Source of the DNA: Anthoceros angustus
Taxonomy: Eukaryota > Plantae > Anthocerotophyta
Length of the DNA: 64,000 nucleotides
Assembly: GCA_010909165.1 (NCBI GenBank)
Contig: MU008231.1
Coordinates: forward strand, 51,389-115,388
Reading direction: 5' to 3'
Both the position numbers and the translations under genes were made by a program. Shown in pieces: positions 11,180 through 23,169 of the stretch. Under the pieces are notes generated by a model. It was not told the origin of the DNA and did no database searches. It was given only the letters and a program-made list of their open reading frames with translations. Numbering within the stretch: the first letter of the stretch is position 1; each line of letters starts with the position of its first letter.

Positions 11180-13257
11180 CCTGAAACAAAAGTGTGCATA
11201 CATGGAAAAACCTCGATACTTACATTGTTCTAAGTGGAACTCGCCATTCAAAGACATCTCTTTAAAAACACGTGTTTTGCTTGATATGAAAGGGTGGCAA
11301 CCTCAGCGAGCGCAAGAACTACCAAGAACTCCGCGAGTGAGTCGTTGAAGTATTTCCGTTGTTAAAATACCGCAGCAACGGTTTTCGATGCTGCGATGAC
11401 CTAAAGAGGAAAATAAAAGACGCCGGTCGGACCACGCACAAGGTGAGATGGCGGTCCTTATTCCGCATTCACCGGATGTCCGCGAACTCAACCCCATTGC
11501 CTCATACCCTATTCGAATGAAGGCGGGGCTTGAAACCGTGTGCACATTCTTGGCGCGACCTTGTTGTTGCGTGCGGACAAGAATGTGGAGCTCGAGACTC
11601 CACAGGAACAACAACAGAAGGAGCGAAACGGAGGCTGCCGGCACAAGTGCTTGAGGCGGCTAAGTTCATTGGTATTGCCATAGATGGTATGGACCAAAAA
11701 AGCGAGTTGCCCCATTATGATTGCCAAAAGGCGGTTGATTAGGAGCCCTTGTCGGGCTTCACGTTCTAGGTGTCTTGGTGTTCAACTACTTAGTGCGCAC
11801 AGTGTATTTGAGTTTCCGAATGTGAGAAATGATCCAATGATGGGCAGCGTGATTGATGTTATCAATACAGGAGGGCGCTCCCCTATTCTATACTTGCGGA
11901 TGGACAACATGCTCAAAACAAGAATCGGAGGTATTGGCATGTCATCCATGCTTGTGGCGAAGGTATCTTCAAAAATCAAGGTGGGGTTTCTTCTTGTTGG
12001 CCATACCCACGATCGATTGACCAAATGTTTTCGAGGTTCTCGGTTGTGCTAGGGTTGAAGGATGCTTTCACACCCAAAATGATAGGGTTGCCGGAGCGGG
12101 CGACACCCCATCACCGCAGATTCACATATCAAGGAGGTGCCGACTTCAAGACCTATCTATCGAAGGGGATCTGCAACGTATGACTTGCATAATCCTTTCA
12201 ACACCAATTCAAAATAACAAGGGAGAAGTGCTATCGTCGAGAGGACGGATCGTGCTAAGATGCAAGGAGTTTTCAAGTTCGATCACCGTCGGAGGGTGGT
12301 GTGCGCTATTACGTTGGGTGCCACCACGGGTGATTGTGGCGCTCCATTGTTGCTGGTCCCATCACATGCCCAAGGTAAAGGAAAGGGACATGCAAAACGA
12401 AAGGATGCCCCTGATGTTCGTGTCAATGACGATAGTCTCCAAGGCGTAGTGGTAGTGTAGTGGCGGGAGTCCATGAAGTAAAAGCGGGCCTAGAACGCAC
12501 CAGGCGACATATGAATGTGGAGCAACTATCATGGTGGGATACGTTCTGGGATGAACAGGTAGCAATAGCCGAGAGACTTGCAGCTGGCATTCCATTCCCG
12601 TTGGAGACAGAATGGTCTTGGTACACTCGCGATGAAGAAAACGAGGTACCACCTGTAGACCCTCCAGACTCAACTTTGGTTGATCCTGCAATGGCCAGAC
12701 GGATTTTTGGACATGGTCGGGAGGTGTACAGGGGCACAAGTGCGGAGGGAGGGCAAGGGCGAGGCTCGTCGAGGTTGTGTGAAGGAGATTGAGGAGGGAA
12801 TGATGGTTGGCTGCCGGGATGATCCAGAGGCGACCATTCGCTCGCAAAAGTGGTGGAGGTGGACCATGATGCTGCGGTCCCTTTCATGATAGTTCATTGG
12901 TGGCGGACAGAGAACAATGATGCATTCGAGGGAAGGTACATGGAGGAGTTTGTGATACGAAAGCGCCCACCAGGTCGTGGGAAAAAAGTGCGGCGGTCAA
13001 AGAATGGAGGCAGAGGGCGTCAGGAGAAGCATTTGCAAAGCCTCAACTTCCCAGAGACAAATGTGCTGGCCTATGATTTCGCGCTGACAAGGAACAAGAC
13101 GTTGCAGAGGACGACAATGAAGCTGATAAAGACTAAAGTCTTTGAGTTGCGTTCAGAGCCGGCTGATGAACCGGCGAGGCTTCCGCCAGCTGACACGAAT
13201 GTCATGCCCGAAGACATGATTGACTTAAGACCTCGACAATGTGGAATCAACGGATGA
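11180..13257 (+). mobile_element. Sola-like DDD transposase (DUF7869-type), frameshifted
   Basis: FPLLKYRSNGF-RC-CDDLKRKI (~11350), IAIDGMDQK (~11675), LYLRMDN..NKN (~11890), KIKVGFLLVGHTH(E)DIDQMFSRFS (~11975-12040), followed by a C-terminal region (..VHWWR..LTRNKTLQRTTMKLIK). Confidence 0.8.
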
Positions 13258-15419
13258 GTCCAGACGTGGTGGTGGACCACCGGATGGTCCGGACTGGAGA
13301 GGAGCCGGAGAGGCAACCTAATATTGTCAACTTTCCGCCTTGTACCAGAACGTTATGTCCCCTCGCTTGAATGCAGTGGATTGTTTTCGTCTTTTCGTGG
13401 AAAGGTTTAACTGCCATCATCTCTCTTTGTAGGAAGTTGACGGTGTGATAATGTCCGAGCATGTAACGGCGACTATGTAAAACCGATCCCAATGTGGTGC
13501 TCTAATTTTAACAATGTTCGTGGTTTTGTCCAGCTTGAGAGTAGCAGTCGAGGTTTCAATGGTGACCATGCAGGTCATCTATGTTCTGAGCTTGTAGTGT
13601 GGCGAAGTGTCCCCAAAGGATGGTCACGGATGTCCGTGGCATATGTATGCCGCAGCGCGCGCAATGTCGTTTATGTGTTCGGCAAGGACGCCCTATTTTT
13701 GGAACGGGGGGACCGTAATGACTATGGGGTGGAACGGGGTCCGAAGGGCGCAGCGAACGGATGCACACCAGCGAAACTGAGTACCAAGACGGGCTCAAAA
13801 CGGCGCCTTCCTCCACTGCCCACCGCCACAGAGGTTGTCTTCCACCTCCTTTGTGGTTTTGTGCACGCCATCCATCCCTCCGCGGAGAGCCGTCCTCACG
13901 CCATGCTCCTCCACCTCCTTCCACCTCGATTGTCCGGTTTTGCCTGTTGGTTCCGCCTCCTCCTTACGTCCCATCCATCCAACCTTCCTTGAACTAACCT
14001 TCGCTTTTGCAGCCTTCCGGATGAGGACTCGCAGAGGTGGCTACGAGTCACCACCTCGTATCACAAGGGAGGATGTGGAGGCAAAGCGAGCCAAGGCGGA
14101 GAAGGATGGAAGTTGCCCATCCAGGACTTGTGTGGAGGCCATTTGGGTCTCCAGTGCAAGGTGGAAAGACGGTATGGGTGGCCATCTCCTTCCATGCAGG
14201 GTGGCAGCATCGTAGATTTTCCAGATGCAGTGCAGGTAGGTAGCCAGGGCTGGAAGAGGACTATAGGATAGCGAAGGAGGGGTTCCCGGAGGCGAAACGG
14301 GGGTGCAGAACTCCAGCACAGCAGGAAGGAGGGGTGAAGGAAGAGCCCGAGACTGCCCCGTCCAATTGTTTAGAGCTTCCGTGACCTTGCAGCTGCCCGT
14401 GAGTCCATGCAACAGCTTACGCGAATGAAGGTTGCCGCAGAGGAGGCCGCCGCCGGAGCGGGAGTGGAAGTGAAGGAGGAGGCGTAAGCACTTACCTGCT
14501 ACCTTTTCGCTTGAGAGTTGAGCATGGTTGTCATGCATGCACTAACGGGCATTGTGTGTAGACACGATGGGGACACCCTTGGCAAACCGGAGGAGCACTT
14601 GGAGATAGGAGCGTGAAGTGGGTTACCTAGGTTTTTGCAAGCGATCTGTAGACTAGAAGCGGGGCGGAGGGGAAGGGAAGGAGGGAGAGGGGTTGGAGGT
14701 GCGTAGAATCATAGCTTTCTCATGGCTTCACCGAGTCGAGTTGGGGACGCAATCACATGATTTTGTGTATGTCAAGTTTTAGCGTCGATGTGCAAGCCAT
14801 GGTCCGCCGCCAAGTGTGAAGCGGAAACGGGGTTTGAGTTTGGGGAATCGGGAATGTTTTGTCGTCACCGGACATGGCTATGAGCCAACGGTCAATGTCA
14901 CATGGCATGGACTAGAGGCGGTTATATGAACTACACCATATCGGTTTTCCAATACTTTATTAGTGAGAAATGTATTCAAGATATACTTTGTACCTTGGGG
15001 ATGTATATTTGAATAATATTATTCCATGTATTTTACATGAATAACCCTAAGGCCCACAAACAAAGGAGCCCGCTAGTGATGCATTCTCATCAATTGTGTA
15101 ACATGACGGTCTACACTTTTCCATATGCCGTAAAGGTAGCTTTGGTCGTAATGTATCCCAAAAGTGACATGATTGAAATAAAGCCTAAATAAATGATCTA
15201 GTCTGCACGCCATAAATTTATAAGGATCTCTACTTTTTCTCCCCAAATGCCTCTTTTGTTTAACCATGAGACATCGAGGTGTGGAAATATTGCCAATAAA
15301 TTTCAAGTTTTGATGAAGTGGAATGGGTTTGGGTGTACCGTGCGTGGTATTTTTAGCAGCCGTTTCCCACAAACCCTCAAAATCAACGTTTCAAGTTTAC
15401 TTAAGCTTAAATTTTGATG

Positions 15420-17075
15420 ACAAATTTGGCCCGTCTCCTGAAAGTGGAGTGTGTCACTAGCCCTAAGGAGACCTTGTTTTTTGAAGACTGTACACTCCGA
15501 TATCTGCGGCCCAATGAGCACACACAGCTTCGGAGGCCACTCCTACTTCCTTACCTTCATGGACGAGTGGAGCAGGTACTGCCACATTTACTTCCTTCGC
15601 CATAAGGATGAGGCCCTCACCTGTTTTCAAGGTTTTGTATTAGCAGCAGAACGACAAACTGGATTCCAAGTCTACACCCTCCGCAGTGATAATGGCGGAG
15701 AATACACCAGCACAGCCTTTAATGAGTTCTGCAGATCCAAGGGGATCCTCCGCAAACTAACTGTACCACACACCCCAGCTCAGAACCCTTTGCAGAATGC
15801 CTCAACAGATCCCTCCTTGAGATTTCTCGCTCCATCCTGAAGCTATCCTGTCTCTCTCGAGGCTATTGGGCTGAGGCCGTAGCTACAGCCAACTACCTAA
15901 AAAACAGGCTTCCTACAAAAGAGCTGCCAGGTACTACCCCTTTTGAGCGCTGGACAGGTCACAAACCCCGCATCTCTCACCTCCGCATCTTCGGCAGTCT
16001 TGCTTTTGCACATGTCCCAGATGCTACTCGTCGCAAATGGGATGACAAGAGCTGCAAGCTCCTCCTCATTGGCTACTCAAATCAAGTAAAAGCCTACTGC
16101 CTTTTCGCCACCAGAGAGGTAATCCTTTCCCACAACGTTCATTTCCATGAATCCCTCGTTCTCAACACTTACATCACCACCTGCACATACACCAGGTAGA
16201 CGTCAAGGCTGCATTTTTATATGGGACTCTACATGAAGACATTTACATGCTTCAGCCACCATGGTTTGTGATCAACATGGGACCTCTACGCTATGCTCTA
16301 GGAGTACAGTTCAAATTCAAGAAGGAAGAGCACACCTTTTTCATCCATCAAGAGCATTACATCAGCCAATTACTGGAAAGATTCAACCTGAAGGACGCCA
16401 AGCCAGTATCCACATCAATTGCCTCAGGAGAGAAGGTATCAGCAGAGGACTGCCCCAACACTCCAGAAGAAATGCACGAGATGAGAAGCGTCCCTTTCAG
16501 TGAGGTTGTCGGAAGCCTGCTTTACCTATCAATTTGGACAAGAACAGACATCGCACAAGCCGTGAATATAGATAGTGTCCAGATATCTCTCTAATCCGGG
16601 GAAAGTGCACTGGACCTGCGTCAAGAGAATACTCCGTTACTTAAAGAGGACAAAGTCACACGGACTTCTATACAGAGACCATCTGCACCTCATCCACTGA
16701 GGCAGAGTACGCAGCAACAACCCTAGCAGCCAAGGAGATACTATGGATTCGCCAGTTCCTACAGACATCGATGAGAAGCAGGATCAGGCAACTCAGCTGC
16801 ACTGCGACAACCAATCAGCGATAGCCATGACACACAATTCAGTGCTGCACACGAGGACCAAGCACGTGGAGATTCAGCATCACTTTATTCGACAAGTGGT
16901 GGCCAACAAACAAGTTTCACCACGCTACATCAATACAAGCGACAACACTGCAGACCTGTTAACCAAGGGACTCCCCAAGGCTCTTCATGACAAGCATACC
17001 GAAGGTATCGGGTGGACAGAGACTTATCCCGACTTCAAAGACCTAGCCCTCGCCATCATCAAAGGGGAGCCCTAG
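15420..17075 (+). mobile_element. Ty1/Copia pol remnant (integrase, partial RT, RNase H) with internal deletions
   Basis: VHSDICGP, LRSDNGGEY, WAEAVATANYLKNRLP, VDVKAAFLYG, PFSEVVGSLLYL, STEAEY, CDNQSAI, RTKHVEIQHHFIR, NTADLLTKGL. Confidence 0.95.
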
Positions 17076-17372
17076 TTGACCCAAAGACTAAGCCAACAGC
17101 CCCAGCTCACCCACTAATCGTGGAGAGGTTGAGTCAGCAGTCCCATGCCCTCAACTCTAGCTTGTCTCGACCCCGACTCTTCCCAACTCTGGTCTTCACC
17201 ACTCTGCGCTTGGGCACTCCTCCTTGCTCGAGACTTTCAATCTTCTTAATCACCTCTTGGATTATGTGACTCGCAAGTTGGAGAAGCCACCAGAGACTAG
17301 CTAGTACACTCAAGACCACGTTCAAGCACGCGTGGGAGATGGAGGCCATGGGCAAGAACCTGAATCTGCAGC

Positions 17373-17720
17373 GAGGGGGAGTGTTGGAGAATAGCAGCGC
17401 GTACGCCACGGATCAGGTTTTAGCACTGTGGTTTTAAGTCATGTCGCCATACACACTTTAGGGCACATTTCGTGCATAGGCCCGTAATCGTTAGTTTATC
17501 AGACGGGCATGTCGTTATGAACCATAACCGCGTGAGCGGTTAAAGAACCGACTCTGTACAGTATAAGAACAAGCTTTCATGTATCAGTAAATTACACTCT
17601 CAATTCTGTATATGGCCAGCAATATGTGACCACTTTAATGAGAGTGAAGCAAAGTGGCGGTGCATGTTCGAGGAGCGGCTTACCGAAATTGCTGGTTACC
17701 CTCTTTTCTGTTACAAGCAA
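17373..17720 (+). repeat. PPT (17373-17381) and probable 3' LTR of the Copia, starting 17382
   Basis: GAGGGGGAG followed by TGTTGG; the right LTR boundary is not resolved and is approximate. Confidence 0.6.
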
Positions 17721-17779
17721 GCGCACAAAAAGAAGTTGCTTGATTCCCCTTGAGAGAGGTTGGGATGAAGTTGTGGATA

Positions 17780-18128
17780 CCGTACCCCAAGGGATGATTC
17801 GGCGTTAATTAATTAAAATTAATAAAAGTTGCAAATTTAGAAATGATTATACTTAAAATATTGAATATATAAAAATTTATGAGTTTAAGATGCCGAAAAC
17901 AAGGAAACTAGGGTTTGTGTGGAAAATTAGGGCCTGTTTAGGGGTGGTCTATACATATCCATTAGTTTTATATATATACTTATATATTTTAATAAACGTT
18001 GAAATTTGATAAAATTATTTTTCGTAAATTTTGAATTTTGGAAAAATATAAATATTTTTGTTGAACCTTATTTTTTCAAAAAATAATTATTTCGGCATTA
18101 TCATGTTGAATCACCCCTCGGGGTACGG
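17780..18128. mobile_element. MITE, Tc1/mariner-type (TA target duplication, 21-bp TIR)
   Basis: TA|CCGTACCCCAAGGGATGATTC ... GAATCACCCCTCGGGGTACGG|TA; 19/21 TIR match; very AT-rich non-coding interior. Confidence 0.85.
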
Positions 18129-18995
18129 TATACAAAGAGACCAAATCCTCATGTTCCGCTCCCATGGAAAATTCATTACCCGGTCTGAAAATGAAAGGAA
18201 TATGCTACATTCTAATGTCAAGTCTCTACACAAGTAGGCCCGGGTTGCCTACGCATTACATAAGCACGAGCCCTGACCAAACAGGACTCGTACAGCAAAG
18301 GTATTCAATTGGACCGTTAGCATGAGCATGAAGATCCATCGGCCTTTTCCAGCCCAGGTGGTCTTCTAATTACAATGAGCTCTACGGCCCCCTCTGGCTT
18401 CTGCTGCCCAGGATGAAGGTGTCTGTGTAGCCTCGCTTTCCTGCCATCGTGGAGCTCCTTGCTTGGTTTGAAATATGCTCCCTTCATGAGGGTGGGTGGT
18501 GCTGTTGGTCTTGCTCGATCATCTGAAATCGTCACCTGCGCGCACTTGCCAGGAGGGTCCTTATACAATATGAAACTCACTTCGTTATCAAGGCTGGCCA
18601 GCCTTCGCTTTCTCTAGTCATCTAACTGAAAGCTGATTGCAGCTTTTCCAGAAACAAACCAACAGTCAGCGACCAGCTTCTTCAAATAACAAGCCTAAAC
18701 CTTCTAGCTGACATGCAACAAATGGGGTCCTGCCAGCACCACGCCGTGTGATCGGAAGCACCATATCACACGCAAGCCTCTGGAAGGCTCTCTGAAGTCG
18801 CTCTTGAAACTATGGAAAAATCAAGTCTGAGCGCCGGGTCCTCTATCTGGATGCATCCTGCGAAGCAACAATGTTGAACATTTCGAAAAAGTGCTTGGAA
18901 TTTCAGAACGCAAGCGAATCACAACTCAGCTTATCATGAGTAGCATGACCAGCAGTAGATTGGAGGTGAAGAATTGATTAGATTGTACACAGCAC

Positions 18996-20905
18996 TTACC
19001 ACCGCTTCGGTCCAGTCTGTGGGATACTCACGATTTGGCATCTTGCGGCACCGACAAGCTCCTCCATCACCTTCTCTATGGATGCCTCACACATCACCTC
19101 CCTCATCATCCAATCTACAGCCCACTGGGGGGGCAGCCGAATGTTCTCCGCTTCCGGCACACACACCACCGGAGGAGCCAGAATCCCTGTAAGCCTGTCT
19201 ACTGTCCTGGGCAAATATTGATTATCATCGGCCTGAAGTGCTTCACCTGTGCACACTTTCTTCAGCCTGTGAGCAGTCGAGTCAGTGCTCGGGGCCGAGC
19301 ACCACCAGTTGTCCTCGCCCTCAAGCTCCCAGAAATTCTCTCCCCCACCATATTTTCCCCGCTCTGCTCCTACGTTATGCTGCTCCATCCGAGGTGGCCT
19401 CACCTGTTCCATGCTGACAGGTAAAGACAATTGACAACGGGAATTGATATGTGAAGGGGTACTACCTGAAGCTCTAAATACCTTGAACAACGTTGTTGGA
19501 TTCAGATCGTCTTCAATAATACCCTGATGCCGATTATCCTCGTGCTGAATAGCTTGATTAGGATCAATTCCCTCATTCCCAACCCATTGAACATCCTCTT
19601 GAATGGCCTGTTGGTTCACAGCAGCATGCTGGCTGCATGATCCTTTATAACGCTGAAACCCACCCTGCATACTAAGGTTATGTCCTTTAAGAAATAGCAG
19701 ATCAGTGGAATTCAAGGTGACAGATGAGCGCTTGAACGACGTTGTTAAGTTCAGATCGCCTTCAGGGTTATCCTGATACCGATTATCCTCGTCCTGAAGA
19801 GCTTGATAATTAGGATCAATTCCCTCATTCCCAACAAAGTGAACAGCCTCTTGAATGGCCTGGTTGTTAACGGCAGCGTGCTGGCTGCATGAACCTCCGT
19901 AACGCTGAACGCCACCCTGCATCCTAAGTCTCCGAGCTTCAAGAAATGCCATAGCAGTGGAATTCAAGGTGACGCCCTTCAGGGTGGTATCCAAATGGTG
20001 GCTAACATCACCAGGGGCTTCGGCGCCGTCCCTTAATTCTTTGGGTTTGTTCTTAGATCCCATGGGTCGACCGCGGCGCCGGGGCATTGTCACAACAGTT
20101 GCGGCTTCTGCATTCCTGGGGCTGGCTACGGCGGCGTGCCCTAATTCTTTGGGTTTGTTCTTAGATCCCTTGGGTCGACCGCGGCGCCGGAGTGTTGTCG
20201 CACCAGCTGCATCCTCTGACCTCGGGACTCCAGCTTCTGGATCCATGGACATGACATTTGCAACCGGGCGCTCCTTCCGTGTTTCGCAGAGCTCGGGATC
20301 TCCACGGCCCCCGTCTGCAGCTGTGGATGCGGAGAAGCCGAGCATCACATCCCAATCACTGCTGCTTCTGCATGCCTCGGGTTGGCTGCACCTGTCGCAC
20401 CCTCTGACCTCGGGACTCCAGCTTCAGGATCCATGGCCATGGCATGTGCATTATGCAACCGGACGTTCGTTCCGTCCTTCGCATAGCTCTACATATCCAC
20501 GCCCTCCTTCTGGACCTGTGGATGCTCTGCAGAAGCCGGGTCGTCTCGCATCCCATCACCACCAAGAGTTTCACAGAAGGGCAATCGCTCCGGCTCTGCA
20601 GGAGAGGAAGACCCAGAGCCCGAATTTGCGTGCCCTGGTAACGGCTTCAAATCATTCAGCTCCAAATCACTAACACTCATATTGTAGCGTTCCATGCGAT
20701 TCAACCACTCCGTGTCCACTCCACTCGATGCTCTGCAATCCGTTTCATTCCTTGGCCCAACATGTTTGATTGCGCATATTGCGTCCCATTCGGTGTCAAT
20801 CCCACGGCCTTCCTCCCATGAGCCTTCCACACTTTTTGGCCATTCAAAGCGCGTCCTTCCAATCATCTCCTCACTCGCCAATTCTCCTATTCTCCTCCTC
20901 CTCAA
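18996..20905 (-). CDS. AT-hook protein of unknown function with internal tandem repeats; upstream part broken by stops/frameshift; possibly spliced further toward 18.3 kb
   Basis: 450-aa open frame 18996-20348 with two RRRGRP(K/M)GSKNKPKEL AT-hooks and two ~84-aa repeats; the homologous repeat continues upstream to an ATG at 20905. Confidence 0.5.
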
Positions 20906-21749
20906 ATAAGGTTATATAGATATAGTGAATATAATTTTATATTCCAAACCTTAGTAGAAATCATCAAAATTTGGTGCAAAGGTAATTTAAGCATTTTCTC
21001 TCCATCATTATTTATTCATGTTAAAATATAATCATGATATGGATTTCTTATGCTTTCTATCATAACAAACCTCCAAACCCCCATAAGACTACTTTTTATG
21101 ACAGACTTGTATCTAAATCGATGCCACCAGTTGCCAGCTCAAACTTATAACTTGAGCTCAAAATAGGGGGCTCAAACTTGATCTCGAAGCTTGAATTACC
21201 CTTCAAAATCACTTTCTGCTCCCAAAAGGCTCAACAATGGTGCCTACTCCTCTAGAAAGCACGAGTAGTGTAACTTCTAAAGCTATCTTCTCACTCTTTC
21301 CAAATATTATACATACACAAACTTAGGTAAGCTGAATATGTATGCATTTTTCTATAAGTATAGAACATACAATATAAGGGTTCTCACAAGTGTATTTGTG
21401 AGACATGTGAACACAATAATCCGCTCTCCACCGGGCTCTAGCACATATAGTGGAGGGTGAGGATCATGAGGAGTGAATTAGATGGCTCCCTTTATTCGTG
21501 AGACCTTACTCCATGTACCATAGTTGATATAGCTATTAGGCACGCAAAGTGTCTAATAGATAATTTTTTTTGGGTGCAGGCCATTAGGCAAAGTAAAATT
21601 ATTTTATAAAATTATGCACTTCAAAATATTGTATAATTATATATTTACATATAACTATACGCACATTATTTCCACACTAAAGATTTGTTGAAGGGATCAT
21701 GAGGAGAAAGTCGTCAGCACGGTCTGACACCATGATATTTGCCGGGAGA

Positions 21750-23165
21750 GGGCTTGTGTGTCATTTCCAGAGTCAAGGCCCGTGAGAGAACAATGTTCAA
21801 CCAAGATACGAATGACTACACTCAGGGGAAAACCTTGATTCCTGAAGGAGTGTCCAGTAGGTGCAGCTTGTGCGTGTTATCCGAAAGCTGTGGAACGAGC
21901 AAGCTTGGCCAACCAGCTGTGGCGCTCCTAGATTGCCCTTACACGAGCTGGAAGGTAGCCGAAATAAAATGGCTTGATCCAACCGCCGACATGCCTCATG
22001 TACATACCCTACCCCAAGAATTTTGCAAAAGAAATAGCGATGTGGCCTCGACCTGGCGGATCCATCTTCGCCTGAAGGACTTGAGTGAAAATAGGAGGCC
22101 AAACATGAGCTCGGGTCCACCGACTTAGCGTGGTGAGCGCCTCCCCACACATGGTAGTGCATGCACACTGCTGTTGAAAATGTACAAAAGACATCCGCCG
22201 GGTTTGCGACATCCCCAACATGGCTTTCCCCGCACCACGCCCGAGCTCCGCCTCGTGTGTCGCTCGCCGTGCAGGCCCGAATACCGACAATGTAGAATCG
22301 ATCGATCGGAGCAGTTACACTAACTCGCTAACAAATCGGTGTGCGGGCTAGCCGATGGAGCTTCTCGCCTTCCCGCCATTTTTCGCCTTCAATACCAAGC
22401 GCTTCCTTGAGGACTTGCATTGCTCTCACTGCAACAAGACCCACTAATGGTTACAGCAGTGTTTCTGCATATCCAGCGCAGTATCGCCAAGGAGGGACAA
22501 TAACCCAACCGGGATACCTACAATGGTGGCTGGCAGTTCAACTACTTCAAAAGGCCAGCCACAGCGGAATGGAGCCAAGGCCAAAGGAGCAGGCAATGTA
22601 GACAAGATTGTTGCATTGAGGCGCAGGGTGGCTAGCAAGGTGACTCACAACTCGCTAGGAGCATGCCGCAGCATGCCTCTACCCCAAAAGGACAAATGCC
22701 CATGTTTGCCTACCGTGAGGAAGAAGGAGGATTATGCATCCGCCACATGAAGCTATGCGTTGTCAACCGCCTAGACCGGAACTTAATTCAACCTTGCCTG
22801 CCACATGGGTGGGATGCAACCTGAGGAAGGCACACTTGGATGCCGCAGCTAGATCCTTTACACCATTGCCCCTGTGAGTGACTATTCTCAGGATGACCGG
22901 CCCTGATGGAGCCGAGAGGCAACTTCCATCCAAACAATGGGGTCACCAGGCAAGACATTTGCCACCGGCATACACCCCAGCCCTGCTTATGCAAAAGGTG
23001 CTAGAGACCCCCTCGATCACCTTATAGGACATGGGTGTTGGGCGTGCTCAATTGTAAGTGTGTGCTTGGCGACAAATGAGAGGGCAACTCTACCATCCCA
23101 TACTGGATTGCCAAGAGAGATCCGCCAGCTCCCACAATCTGGACCGCCAGAGATCCATGGGGCTC
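21750..23165 (-). mobile_element. Probable degenerate LINE 3' remnant (zf-RVT-like and RNase H-like segments)
   Basis: WRISLGNPVWDGR...CP..HLL (~22950-23120) and W.PP...G.YMRHVGGWIKPFYFGY (~21950-22150) loosely resemble plant L1 C-termini; weak. Confidence 0.35.
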
Positions 23166-23169
23166 TACA

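Noticed and set aside
15073-15372. 99-aa minus-strand ORF before the Copia
   Set aside because: No recognisable motif; AT-rich context.
17134-17409. Antisense ORF between Copia pol and LTR
   Set aside because: Short, overlaps the LTR boundary, no homology recognised.
21130-21530. Short matches to the Gypsy pol region near 44980-45170
   Set aside because: Only 12-15-bp patches; too weak to call.
21780-21880. TGHSFR..GFPLSVVIRIL..H as a tyrosine-recombinase C-terminus
   Set aside because: Spacing to the second His/Tyr is wrong and no upstream catalytic Arg box is seen; the context fits a LINE remnant at least as well.
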